Part shown: positions 25,371 to 37,560 of the stretch, piece after piece
Numbering within the stretch: the first letter of the stretch is position 1
Layout of the letters: each line of letters starts with the position of its first letter
NCBI GenBank assembly: GCA_040285825.1
Contig: JAUPSS010000005.1
Location: 1,116,001 to 1,180,000, forward strand
Reading direction: 5' to 3'
Length of the DNA: 64,000 nt
From: Eukaryota sp. TZLM1-RC
Lineage: Eukaryota; Protista; Metamonada: BaSk clade
The notes under the pieces: model-generated
Database searches by the model: none
What the model saw: only the letters and a program-made list of their open reading frames with translations
Told to the model about the DNA's origin: nothing
Made by a program: the position numbers and the translations under genes

Positions 25371-26791
25371 ATGCCTCGGGAAATCATCACATTACAAGTT
25401 GGTCAATGTGGTAACCAAAGTATGCTGTTTTTACATATGTGCTCATTCCAGTCGGTTCTGAGTTCTGGAAACATCTAGCTGCTGAACACGGCATTACACC
25501 AGAAGGTCTACTCTCTCCACAAGCTGCAGAATACCCTAACGCAGGAGATAGGAAAGATGTCTTCTTCTACCAAGCAGACGACGACCACTACATTCCACGT
25601 GCTCTCCTCCTCGACCTTGAACCTAGAGTAATTCACAACATCCAAAACTCAGATTGGGGGTCTTTTTACAATCCAGAAAACATCTTTTGTTCGTCCCAAG
25701 GTGGAGGAGCAGGTAATAACTGGGCAGAGGGTTACGAACAAGCAGAAGCTCTTTCAGAAGAAGTATTAGATATCATTGACCGTGAAGCCGAAAACTCTGA
25801 TTCTCTCGAAGGATTCAAACTCTTCCACTCCATAGCTGGTGGTACGGGGTCTGGTATGGGGTCTTACATACTAGAACGACTCTCAGACAGATACCCCAAG
25901 AAACTTGTATCTACGTATTCCGTGTTTCCCAATTTAGAGAACTCTGTTGGGGGTTCTGATGTAGTTGTGCAACCTTACAACTCTCTACTGACTACAAAAA
26001 GGTTACTTTTGAATTCAGACTTTAGTGTTATTTTGGACAATACTGCTTTAAATAGAATTGCTGTTGAACGGTTGAAAATTCATAACCCTGGTATAGCGGA
26101 AACCAACTCAATTGTGGCGACTGTGATTGCTGCTGCCACGTCGACATTACGTTTACCAGGTTTCCTCAATAATGACCTACTTTCCTTAGTTTCTAACCTA
26201 GTCCCGACCCCCAGGTGTCACTTCATAATGGCTGGTTACACACCTTTGGGAGCTAATTTGAACATATCTAATGTTAGGAAAACCACTGTAACTGATGTCA
26301 TGAGAAGATTACTACAACCAAAGAACTTTTTGATCTCTCAACAAATGCGAACTGGTTGTTTCAGTTCGATTGTCAATGTTCTTCAAGGTGAATTTGATCC
26401 TACTGAAATCCAGAAAAGTCTTCAACGTATTAGAGAACGCAAACTAGCAAACTTTATTCCTTGGGGTCCCGCTAATTTTCAGGTGATTCTTGGAAAGAAA
26501 AGTCCCTTTGTCGAGCGCAGTAACAGAGTTTCTGGGCTTATGCTTGCAAACCATACTTCGACGAGAGGAATTTTTGAGAAAATAATTAAGCAGTTTGACA
26601 CTTTATATTCTAAAAAAGCTTATCTTCAACACTTTAAAAGATCCGGCTTTGACTCAGAGTTGGAGTTTACTGATGCTAGGAACGAAGTAGCTGATCTTAT
26701 TGGTGAATATAAAGCTTCTGAGAGTCCAGATTATGTTAATTTTAGTGCTGTGGAGGAAGAACTTTTGCCTACAGGGACAAAGGGAATTTAA
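25371..26791 (+). CDS. TUBG1: Gamma-tubulin, 462 aa, join(25371..25419,25452..26791)
   Basis: Splicing a 32-nt GT-AG intron restores [22 protein letters not shown]; [18 protein letters not shown] and [11 protein letters not shown] are gamma-type signatures. Confidence 0.98.
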
Positions 26792-28449
26792 ATGTGTAAT
26801 AAAGTTGTTTTAAATTATTGATTAATAGTTCAGCACACGTGTGCACACGTGTCACAAGTAATGTCACATTCATGACACTACTTTAATAATAAAGTATTAG
26901 ATAAGTAAATGAAATTAGAGGAAATCTGAAGTTGATTTTATCAATTTGGGTTGCTTTTAATTATTGAAAACGATATAATAGCACAATTCATAAATGAAAT
27001 GCAATAAATAGATAATCTTGCCTTGTTGGGTAAAACAAAGGCAACAAAGACTGTGATAATATCAATAATTAATATTTACAAAAAAAATCAAAGGTTCTCT
27101 CGGTTAAGTACAACAGATCTTTATTTCTATTTCTTTTTTTATTTTCAGTACTTTTGTTTAGACATTGAAAGCGTCAATGTTCATTGGTCAATCTTTGCTG
27201 TCTAGAAAACATGCACACATCACAAGTCGAAAACAGTTGAGACAATGTTCAGCAAGACTAACCTTTGTGATGCTGCTGAACGTGATTTATTGTGTTTTGG
27301 GAGTAAACAGACAAATAATGAATTAGCCTTGGTTCCTGAAAATGAAACTGAGCAGCAAAGAAATAGTCGGGTGATGAATCTAGAAAAGAAATTCAAATGG
27401 CTGAGAATGACTCAGATGTGCTGGACTTAAAAGTAATATTCATAAAAACAGAAACGATGGGCGACAAAGTATACTGAGGTAGATTATAACGGGAACCAAA
27501 TGATAGAGTCTTCCGAAATGACAATTGAAAATGCAAACACTGAATTATCCACGTTTGCTGCCAATTCAGCAACTTTTATAGATTTTTCCAACTTTGTGGA
27601 TGCCAATCTTTGGCAAGTTTTTTTGACTATTGACTTTCACAGTTTTGACTTGTGGAATTTTTCATAAAATGCAAGCTTTTATTAACAAGCAAAAGACTGA
27701 AAGTTGGCTAATAAAAACCTTGTTCAGCTTTTTGACAACCCAAAAGACATTTTAATACTAATACTAAATAAAAAAATAAGCTAATGGTAATAATATTGCT
27801 AATAAGAAGCTTTGTTCAGCAGTTTGGCAATCCAAAACACACTTTGTTACTAAGCAAAAAATACTAATGGATAGTTACAGTAATTGCGGTTCTGAAAACT
27901 TGAAACATCAAATTACCTATTCGAGGCATTCGATTGATTCATTTTCTGGAAAAATGGATTTGAAGTATTGATAATTAATGAAGCTTCCACTGCAGCAAAA
28001 TGTCTTGGTTTTTTTGATGATGACGATTAGGATTAAATGACATTACGTCTGAATCAATTAACAACAATGTGAAGAGATTAATTTCTCTTTTCTCATACAC
28101 ATGAGAAATGCTATGATACTAGTATTTATTACTACTAGAATCATTTTCATGTCGATATAATCAACTTTATATAAGCAATTTTAAAAGCACATTTGTGTGA
28201 ATAGAATATTTACTGTCGAAACAAATTGACCAATTAATAGCATTCCCACTTTAAATTTTTATTTTTTCCATTCTCAATGGAGAATGGAAATTGCAAGAAT
28301 AGGTTCCATTAATCACTATGCAGCTGAATACATGTCCCGCAACATAAATTGAATAGAAGGTGGCAAATATGGATGCACCCTTTGTACATGATTTCCAATG
28401 CTACATCGCATTGGAAACGAAATCAGTAACAGTATCAGACTGACTCACA

Positions 28450-29570
28450 TTGTTAGTTTTACAGTTGTGGGGAGAAGTTTTAGAGCTTGATGAATTTGAT
28501 TGTGGCAGCTCTTATCTTATTTCTTTGCAACAGGAAATTGAAACTCTTTCACCCACTATTTGGGCTAAATGTTTCCCCTCTGATATTGTGGAACTTCCTT
28601 CAAGAAGCTTGCTCTCCTTACCACTGACTTTTGCAAAATTGCAGAAAAAAATCTTGAAAGTTTTAGAAAACTTGGATTATACTGTACGTCTTAGCTTGGC
28701 TAAAGAAAAAATCCCGTTTTTGCAAACTTTTTGATTGATCTTGAAGACAGTTGCTCAAGTTGCCTAATCTCCCAAATTCCCAACATTTATGGCCTTCTAC
28801 TTAATGATCACCAATGGATCACTGCCATGAGAATGAGATGTTTTCTATGGCCTTGTTCATTACCAGATGATTTAATTTGTCGCTGCAAGAGTGTTGTTGC
28901 GTTTTCCCATATTTTTTCCCATATTTTTAACTTTAAGTATTTTATAACTTATCGCTCAATTGTTCGTGACTCAGTTCGTGATCAATTATATGCCATGTGC
29001 AAAAGTTCCAATATTGAGGCATTTATTGAGCCACTAGTACGTAAGCTGTCTCCAGATCAAACTAATGATTCTTTTGGTAAAAGAAGGGCAGATTTAGTAG
29101 CTCCAGGGATCGATGGTGTTCTCAATGTTGTAGATGTTGTCTCAGTTGATGTTTGCAAAAGTTCTGCTGCTGGTTTAGTGTATTCCGCTGATTCGCCGTT
29201 ATCTAACGCCGAAAAAAAGAAGATAAAAAAATATGAAGAACCTTTGGCACAGTTAGGTAGAGTGGAACATGTGAAATATCTGTTTGTGCCGTTTGCAATT
29301 TCTCTTTTTGGCAATATTGGACCTTCAGGGTTGCACTATTTTGAATATTTTAAAAAAGTGTTACTGAATAGGTCTAGTAAAACAACGAATTCCACTTTCT
29401 GGTTAAATAGAATTGTTTTTTGCATTTTCAAGTCTATTCCAACAATGATTTCAAAGGCACTTTTAGCTATTGGTGTAGAATATGAACGTAATGCTGTCAG
29501 TATGTTTAGTAATAGTGACGCTTGTTTGGAGGATATTGAATTCTAGATGGGTTTTTTTATCTCAATAAAT
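28450..29570 (+). mobile_element. 5'-truncated non-LTR retrotransposon of RLE type (CRE/NeSL/R2-like), C-terminal Zn knuckle plus restriction-like endonuclease
   Basis: AMRMRCFLWP...CRC...H; RRADL...VVDV...AEKKKIKKY...FVPFAISLFG; frameshift near 28730; related fragments at 40375 and 62100. Confidence 0.78.
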
Positions 29571-29666
29571 ATTCCAGTTTTAAAAAACAGAATTTGATTT
29601 AAATAAGTTTGCAACTTTCCCGATCTTGGTGCTTCCCAACGTACCAATAACATATATTTTACTTTG

Positions 29667-31742
29667 ATGAATCCCCTTCCTTTTGACGTGTTTTCATGTA
29701 CATTACATAGTGGTATTATCACCAATCCTGTCAAACTTAAATGTGGCCATTCTTTCTGCAAACAATGTATACAAAAGTGGATAAATGATACCCCTACTTG
29801 TCCTACATGCGGAAACACCATCGTTTCCTCTACTCAACCCCTTCCAATCAACCATGCACTCAATAGGACCTTGTCCCTGTTACTACGTCCAAACATCATT
29901 GAAGAGAGTGATCTGCATAATGTAGCTTATGATCACAGTACTGATCTCTTTACAACTTATTCTGCTACACTTAACCCTAACCCTAACTCGCAAATCGTTT
30001 CCTATTTTCAACCCAAATACGAAATTGAAAACTACCAAAAAGTTTGTGATTCATTAGGACAAGTTTACAAAATCTACAAAGGGTTACACATTAAATCATC
30101 CTGTGACACGTCACGTCGCGTCATATCTCATTCAAAAGTTGTCAAGCTTTATGGAATTTCCCTTGATCAACCAGGAATAATCCAAGAAGCCTTGACTCTT
30201 ACACTTAAGGATTTTATTCAATTAAAAAGAACATTAACTTTAACTGAAACTTTCCATGTTTCTTTAAGCGTCTCAGATGCTGTTTCTTCATTTCATAAAC
30301 TTGGTTTTGGTTACTCAACTTTATGTGGTGCCACGTCATGCCACGACATCACTAGTGATAATGTATTTGTTTTAGTGAATTCTGGTAAAGTGTATGGAGC
30401 AAAGTTGGGTTTTGGTGATCTTTTTTACCAAAATTTGGCAGCTGGTATTTTAAGTTTTCAGAGTGAAAATTTGGCAGAGTCGATCAAATTTGATGTATTT
30501 TCACTTGGTAACTTTTTCGAATTTTTGTTTTCCCCATTTCTTAATTCAGAAAATTTAAAAGGATACAGTATTGAATTTCTTTATAAATTACAATCATTAA
30601 TAAAATCCATGGTAGATGAAAATAACCAAGCTCAACCTTCAATAGATCAAGTGATTAATCAGTTAGAATCATTGTCAAATTTTCAAGGTGTCAGTGATTG
30701 TGAGGATCAAGATTTAGCCACAAATTTGGGATGTGAAAATTTTGATTTATTGTCTTTTAATCATGACTTAATAAGTATAATTTTACAATTAAATGATGAA
30801 TTATGTGATAAAAGATGCGAAATAGAGGATTTTTCCAATGAGAAGAGAACTCTCAATGCCAAAATTAAAGAATTAGAACATTTCAATAATGAAATTTCTG
30901 CAAATAAGAACCTACTTTCAGAAGAGAATCAACAACTAGGTGAATTGAATGCTGAATTGAGTGCAAGATTGGACGAGTTACAAAAACAATTGGAAACAGC
31001 TGAAAAGGAAAAGAGAGACCATTATTTTATTAATAAAATTGAAAATTTGAAGTGGACTCAAGAACAGCTCAAGAAAAGCGTTTCTGAAAAACAACAAAAA
31101 ATTCAAATTTTGGAACAAGAAATTAGCCAATTGAGTCTTAAAAATGAACAGCTCAATCAATCAAAAAATAGTGAAATTTCATGTTTTTCACAACAAGTTC
31201 AGCAATTAACTCAAATAAATACAACTTTGGAAAGTCAAAACCAATATCTTGAATCCACTCTTGACAAATTGACCAAATATTCACAAAATTTAAAATCAAA
31301 AAATGAATATTTGACAGCGTTGGCTAATCGTGCTCTTGAAATGTTGGGTTCAAATGCTTCTATGCAACCGCGTGAATTACTTCAATATTTTACAGGATTC
31401 TTAAATTTTCCCAAGCAAGAAGACTCCACTAGTGACCCCAACCCCAACCCTGACTCTAACAGTTCTGAACCAAGGCCAAGTCCTTCAAATCCAAGAGACG
31501 GCGGTTGTAAATATTGCCAAAACGGAGGTTCAATGATGTGGTGGACTCATTGTATCGAACAGTGTAAGCAGCCAGGTTGCCACAGGTCAAAGGTACCTGA
31601 CAAGCTGAAATTTTCAGAGGAAAGGGGATTGATCCAGAGGAATGTTGATGCTAACCCTACCAAGCCAAATACCACACCCAAACGAACCAGGAAAAGCAAC
31701 AACGGAAAGAATGAGAAGGCAGCAAAACGAAAGCGAAAGTAA
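29667..31742 (+). CDS. RING finger - pseudokinase - coiled coil - Cys/His module protein
   Basis: CTLH...CGHSFCKQC...CPTC RING (second ligand His); kinase-fold remnants VVKLYG, HDITSDNV, AKLGFG, DVFSLG without canonical catalytic residues; Q/E/K heptads; C-terminal CKYC-x10-H-x4-C and basic tail. Confidence 0.85.
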   Translation: MNPLPFDVFSCTLHSGIITNPVKLKCGHSFCKQCIQKWINDTPTCPTCGNTIVSSTQPLPINHALNRTLSLLLRPNIIEESDLHNVAYDHSTDLFTTYSATLNPNPNSQIVSYFQPKYEIENYQKVCDSLGQVYKIYKGLHIKSSCDTSRRVISHSKVVKLYGISLDQPGIIQEALTLTLKDFIQLKRTLTLTETFHVSLSVSDAVSSFHKLGFGYSTLCGATSCHDITSDNVFVLVNSGKVYGAKLGFGDLFYQNLAAGILSFQSENLAESIKFDVFSLGNFFEFLFSPFLNSENLKGYSIEFLYKLQSLIKSMVDENNQAQPSIDQVINQLESLSNFQGVSDCEDQDLATNLGCENFDLLSFNHDLISIILQLNDELCDKRCEIEDFSNEKRTLNAKIKELEHFNNEISANKNLLSEENQQLGELNAELSARLDELQKQLETAEKEKRDHYFINKIENLKWTQEQLKKSVSEKQQKIQILEQEISQLSLKNEQLNQSKNSEISCFSQQVQQLTQINTTLESQNQYLESTLDKLTKYSQNLKSKNEYLTALANRALEMLGSNASMQPRELLQYFTGFLNFPKQEDSTSDPNPNPDSNSSEPRPSPSNPRDGGCKYCQNGGSMMWWTHCIEQCKQPGCHRSKVPDKLKFSEERGLIQRNVDANPTKPNTTPKRTRKSNNGKNEKAAKRKRK

Positions 31743-32699
31743 GTCTAATAAGTAATTCAATAGAGTTCACTTATGGAGCATGGAGATTAATTTCAATTGT
31801 TTTTTTCTCAATATACGGAAACTAGAATATTTCAAATTTATACATATTACCATTGTGACCAATGCTATTTTGAAAACGCAACAGATTATTCCAATAAATT
31901 TTGTTTTTGACATTTGATTGAAAATATTTTGCAAATCAGTCTCATTTATATTATATTCTATGTGCTCGTTCTACAGTTCACAACTGACACAACTGATTGC
32001 TCGGCTTATTGAATGAATTTTTGGATAAAATCAAACAAGCCACCAAGCACATAGACCATGCTCATACAGAAGACTCCAAGTTGTATAAAAGAAACTTTAC
32101 AGTAATTACTCAAATGAACATCCACACAAACAAGTCCTGAAGAGTGACTTCTTGTTTCGATGAGGCGTAGCGAATGGGTGCTCTTTTATGGTATAATTAA
32201 TGATTGATTTTTAGTCATATGCGTCCAGGATGGGGGGGGGGGCTATTTGACATAGTCCAATATATCAGGTAGCTTGACTTAAACAAATTCTGCATAACAT
32301 GGTCGAATAAATGTTAGTTTTCATTAGTGAATTTGAACTTAGCTTATAACAACCATCTATCTCATGAAATTACAACGTTTTCCGTCTATTTGTTCATGAC
32401 AAGCATTTGAAAACCACCAAAAACAATGTGATTCGTCTTGAACAGTTGGTGAAAATTGCAAAACCTTACACATCCTATCACATTATTCAAACGTGGTAAT
32501 GTGACTTTTGATTTCCAAGAATACTTGAATCTTACAAAGAACAATAACAATGCTTCTATTTGAACAATTGTCAGGACGATACATTAATTATTGATCGATC
32601 TTTTCTTCTGTAGTGACGCCTTTGGAGTTAGTGCAACTAAATAAGAAAAATATGACGTTTATATCAAAAAACATTAAGAAACCCTAAAATTGACTATCA

Positions 32700-32810
32700 C
32701 TTCATTATTTTATTATTTATTTATTTACTTTTTTATTTATTTATTTACTTTTTTATTTACTTTTATATTTACTTTTATATTTACTTTTTTATTTACTTTT
32801 TTATTTTTCC
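32700..32810. repeat. Low-complexity TTTA/TTTAC microsatellite
   Basis: Directly visible tandem ttta(c/t) units. Confidence 0.85.
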
Positions 32811-32899
32811 ACACTGTTTTGAGTATTTCATTTCAGTTGTTGGGAAATGGGGCACCATGATGACGTGGTTTGCATTCATAATCTGTTCAAAACACAATG

Positions 32900-33780
32900 C
32901 AGATTAACTAAAAATTGTGTGAGAAAGGTAATGAGAACATCTGTTCAAGTGGCAAAATGTCAGAACGAAGAGAGTGATCTGTTCTGAATCACAAAGTACA
33001 GGAGAACCAACAAGACAAGTAAAGTATAATTGAATCAAGTTCAAATTTAGAAAGCAAACAGCTGTCCAAACAGTGAAGAAAAATCTTCCAAAGGAAGAAA
33101 AGAATTTGTGGAAAGACCGCAAACAATTCATTCATCAATAACATTGAAGTGGGAGGGTCATCATCTGAGAATCATTGGTCTAATGAAACAACAACTGTTC
33201 CAAGCTTTAAGAAAATCACTTGCTCAACTTACTTCCAGTAAAATGTATCCATCCAGACAAAGGGAAATAAAAGTTTACATCGTTGCAATAAGAATGGAAA
33301 TTTGGTAAGAAGGATGAAATTTCAAATTTGAAAATGATGATCGCTGCTGAATTTTTCAACAAAAATTTCAATATGTCTGCACTACAGTTGAGTGAGGTGA
33401 GACACCATGACTCTCAACAAAAGTTATTCAAACAATTCCAAGGAAGAGTTCCTGCCTGTCTCCAACAAGAAAACATACCAATGCCTTACGCTTACCTTTA
33501 CAGTTCTGAACCAAAGCCTTCTCCTTCAAATCCAAGAAGCGGTGGTTGTACATATTGCCATAAAGGAGGCTCAAAAATATGGTGGACGCATGGTATTGAA
33601 GAGTGTAAACAACCAGGTTGTCATTGGTCAAAAGTGCCAGAAAAGCTGAGATTTTCAGAGGAAAAGGGTATTATAAAGAACAATATCGATGATAAACCTA
33701 CAACAAGCACTTCCACAAAGAAAAGGAGCAAGCGAGAAACAGAATGCGGTCAAAATGCTGTAAAACAAAAGAGAATTTAA
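32900..33780 (+). pseudogene. Decayed ORF ending in the same Cys/His module as the RING-pseudokinase gene
   Basis: SSEPKPSPSNPRSGGCTYCHKGGSKIWWTHGIEECKQPGCHWSKVPEKLRFSEEKGII matches 31460-31640; upstream frames are broken. Confidence 0.65.
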
Positions 33781-34092
33781 TTAATAACTGGATTAAAAAT
33801 TAAGTAATCGATAAATACGAAAGTGAACATTTATAAAATATTTGCCATTTGCACCCCCAGATTTCTTCTATTGCAAAAAGGACAAACATAATGGATTGAT
33901 CAAACAATAGGAATTCAATGAATTCATAAAGATGAGATTTGGCCATAATTATTGCAAATTAGTTTTGTTTAGCAACATTAGAAGCCATTCACGCGAAGTC
34001 ATGATCCATCAATTACTAGCACCAAATATTTGCGTTATCAGACGAAGTGGCCATTGTTTGATAATTCGAACGAAACACTTTACTATGAATGA

Positions 34093-34725
34093 ACGACTGA
34101 AGAGCTTGAAGCCATTGTCTCCATCTACCCTGACCATGCAGTCATTGAACCTCATCTCCCCAATGGTCTTCAACTCACCACTCCTCACCTCAAGGCTTCC
34201 ATAACTCTGTGTGAGTCTGCTCAGACCTTCACTTTATCAGTACATCCTCCATCACTGATCAACACTGTTGTCAATGACGTTTATCTATCTCCACAACACA
34301 ACACATCTAATTTGTTCGACCTCTGCACTGCCCTCATCACCTACATTCCTTCTCAACAGTCTGAGTATCCAACAATCAAACGAACTCTACTTCAATTTCA
34401 CCATATTAAGAGCAAGAAGAAAAAGACAAAGATTCACACCTGGGCAAAAGAACTCAACATTATTGGGGGTTTTTTCCATTTTAAAACACTTTATTACATT
34501 ATAGCTCAAGGTACTGATTCCAATGTGGATCTTTTTGTTAGTAATCTACGATCACTTTCATGGCAGTATATGAAGGTAATTGGTAGTAAAGATGATGTCC
34601 GATCGATCGGGTGTGCTGTTGATGGGTTTGTAGAAATGCACTTTAACGATGGTCAAGCATTTGAATCTTTAATGCAAAGTTATTGGGATCAAAATTGGAA
34701 CTTGAATATTGTTTGTGGGGAGTAA
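34093..34725 (+). CDS. RWD-domain protein, RWDD2-like; no in-frame ATG (ACG at 34093)
   Basis: Open frame 34093-34725: TEELEAIVSIYPD (RWD N-terminal helix) ... HHIKSKKKKTKIHTWAKELNIIGG...LRSLSWQ (RWDD2-type C-domain). Confidence 0.7.
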   Translation, partial: TTEELEAIVSIYPDHAVIEPHLPNGLQLTTPHLKASITLCESAQTFTLSVHPPSLINTVVNDVYLSPQHNTSNLFDLCTALITYIPSQQSEYPTIKRTLLQFHHIKSKKKKTKIHTWAKELNIIGGFFHFKTLYYIIAQGTDSNVDLFVSNLRSLSWQYMKVIGSKDDVRSIGCAVDGFVEMHFNDGQAFESLMQSYWDQNWNLNIVCGE

Positions 34726-35485
34726 AGGAAGGTTTAGTTTGTGTTTTTTAGATATACTTTCTAATATATTTGCATTGATAATTGAACAGGAATCATTTCA
34801 GCTAGCACATTAGAAGTTATAATTTGAATTTGCTTTTTAACAAAAACACCTGCTGCTTAAAGTATTTGAAAGCACCGCACTTTTTGATTTAAATGTACTA
34901 ATATTAGCTTGATTTCAACAGATTTCAACAGACTGCTGCTCACTCCTCACTGTACAGGGACGAACAAAGAGTGTAGCATTAGTGATGTCCGATCGATCGG
35001 GCACGCTTGAAGTTTGGGTTCAACTGTGATACTAACATGGCTCAAAGCATAATTGATGAGCAATAGAAATTTTAAATTTATTGAATTAAAAGAACTTGTT
35101 ACTAAAAAGCCTTAATGAGAAACCTTATCTTCAACAGTTAGTAAATATTTGTAACAAAAACTACTCGACTTAATGCTCTAATTATTATTTCTAAAATAGA
35201 AAACTTAATTACTAAATTTCCAAAACTAAAGCTATTTCAACTTCACCCACTAGTTGTTCTACTGGCCAGAACCTCAATCAAATATTCTCTGTTCAATGAA
35301 CAATTTCGCTACAAATCGATAATCGTCACGACATCTATTGATGGAAAGACTCAATGCAGATCCTCGACCTTTAAAATCAACAGCAGACTGCATTGTAGGC
35401 TGAAATAGATCTACTGATTAAGAAATGTTTCAATGGTTACTTCTTTTTCTTTAAATTCCTGAATAGATTAAGAACTGTGTTATAA

Positions 35486-37234
35486 TCACATCAGAATTTG
35501 ATCACCATACTTAGCTTTAAGTTCAATTTCTTTTTCTTCTGTATAATTATTATAATAAAGCCACAATGCAAGCCTTGATTTTCTCTTTGAAGCCTTACCA
35601 AAAGGCCAAAAGGAATAAAACCTAGAATTTGCAAACAATGATTGAGCCAAAGCTTCAGCACCATGATCATCAATATTGTTGGTTCTCAAGTCAAGTACTT
35701 CAATGTTACTGTTAACCTTTAAAGCTTTACTCAAAGCAAAGGCTCCAACATTGTTACATTTAGTATTACGAAGACTCAACTTGACCACTGAACGGTTTGA
35801 TTGCAGTGTTTTAGCAAGGCATTGAATACCTTTGTCACCAATAGGGTTTCCATCTAATAAAAACTCTTTTAAGGTAGAATTGACTGCCAAAGCATCAGCC
35901 AAAGCTTTACAACCAATATGGGTGATGTTGTGCTTATCAAGACTAAGCACTTTTAGTCTAGAATTAATCTTTAAGGCTTGAGCGAGTGCGATCGCACCCA
36001 TGTCATTCATATAGTTGTCTACAAAAAAAAGTTGTTTGATTTGCTGATTTTCTTCAAGACTACCAGCAATTGAAACAACTTGATCATCATTGAGCTTCTG
36101 ATGATACAACTCTACCACATTTTCTTCATCGTCGAGAGCTTTTTTGAATGGTTTTGGCAATATATCATTATTCGAACATAATTCAACTTCCGAATTTTGG
36201 CAAACTACTACAAAATTTCTTTCAAGATATTCAATTCTAGCTTGATGTTCAGTAGTTTGTTTGTTTATTTGCTTGATTGTTTTAATTAAACCTTGTTTTT
36301 CATTTGATGAATCAATTAAATTCTGTTCTTGTTGTTGATTAATTTGAATTAATTCTTGGTTTTCAGTATTTATTCTTTGTATTTCTTCATCCTTTTCCCT
36401 ACATTTAAAACAATGATTTTGGTCAATATTTAAGTTTAAACCATCAATATTAACAGAATTTTCCAAATCATTCAAAATTTCAATGATTTGGTCAACATTT
36501 GGCCTGTCTGATGGGTCAACAAACATACAATCACTAATCAAATTTTTCAAAATTTGGGGAGTTTCTGGATCAAAATTTAGAATTGTACCCCTAAATTTTG
36601 CACCAATGAGGCCATTGTGGCTTAATCCTTCAAAAGCCATATTATCAGTAAGTAATTCATAAAGAATTACCCCAATTGAATATAAATCACCAGCAGTTGT
36701 GACTTCTCCATCAAAAGCTTCAAACGCTGCATATTTGGGGGTGAAGGTAGCTGAGGTGGAATTTTGAGTGGTATTAGCAATTACTTTTGAAGTGCCAAAG
36801 TCTGCAATTCTTAGTTGGCCATTAACTAAAAGAATGTTCTCAGGCTTCAGGTCTCCATGGATGACTGATTTAGAATGCAAAATCTTGATTGCAGAGCATA
36901 GATCCTTGGCTAGTCGGGGGGTTTCACATAATAGGGGAGATGGTACAGAAAGGGAGGAAGTGGCGCGTTCCATGATGATGCCGATCTGCTCGTCAAATTA
37001 AGCAATGCCAAAAACACGGAGGGTGGCAGGGCTGTTGAGGAACGAAAGGAAGTTGATCTCTTTCTTCAGTTGCTTCTTTCCTTCTTCGGAGAGGGAGACC
37101 ATTTTGACAGCTACATCGAGGGAAAACCAGCGGGCGGCAAAGACGGAAGCAAAGCCTCCTTCGCCGATTTTCTCGCCAAGTTGGATGTCAGAGGCATTGA
37201 TCTCAGAGCAAGAGGGATCGTGGGATGAGGCCAT
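35486..37234 (-). pseudogene. TKL-like protein kinase - coiled coil - RI-type LRR gene with one in-frame TAA (37000-36998)
   Basis: IGEGGFASV, VAVK, HGDLKPEN, DFG, DLYSIG; 28-aa LRRs (GAIALAQALKINSRLKVLSL); the two ORFs share a frame: LRVFGIA*FDEQIGIIMERA. Confidence 0.8.
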
Positions 37235-37414
37235 ACAGGTGTGGATGGCCGATCTATGAATGTGTCAGATGTTTCATTCTCCGATCATATCACAGTCTAC
37301 ATCGTTCAAAAAGACATTTATATCAATCTCACTATTTGCAATGTACCTGCCTTCTTCAAAAATAGAATAATTAAATTTAAAATATTGAGTAAAACGCTTA
37401 GTAATCTATATTAC

Positions 37415-37560
37415 TCATTTTTCTTAATTTTTTTTCATTTCTTACTTTTTTTGATTTCTTACTTTTTTTGATTTCTTACTTTTTTTCATTTCTTTTTTTC
37501 ATTTCTTACTTTTTTTCATTTCTTACTTTTAATTAATTTTAATTACTTTTTTTCATTTTT
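37415..37560. repeat. T-rich minisatellite (TTTTTT(C/G)ATTTCTTAC-like units)
   Basis: Directly visible ~17-nt tandem units. Confidence 0.85.

Noticed and set aside
27130-27640. Possible hAT C-terminal remnant (KSKTVETMFS)
   Set aside because: Single weak motif, no termini, too decayed to support
36998-37000. Stop-codon reassignment (TAA=Gln)
   Set aside because: TAA, TAG and TGA all terminate well-supported genes here, and long conserved ORFs contain no internal TAR codons
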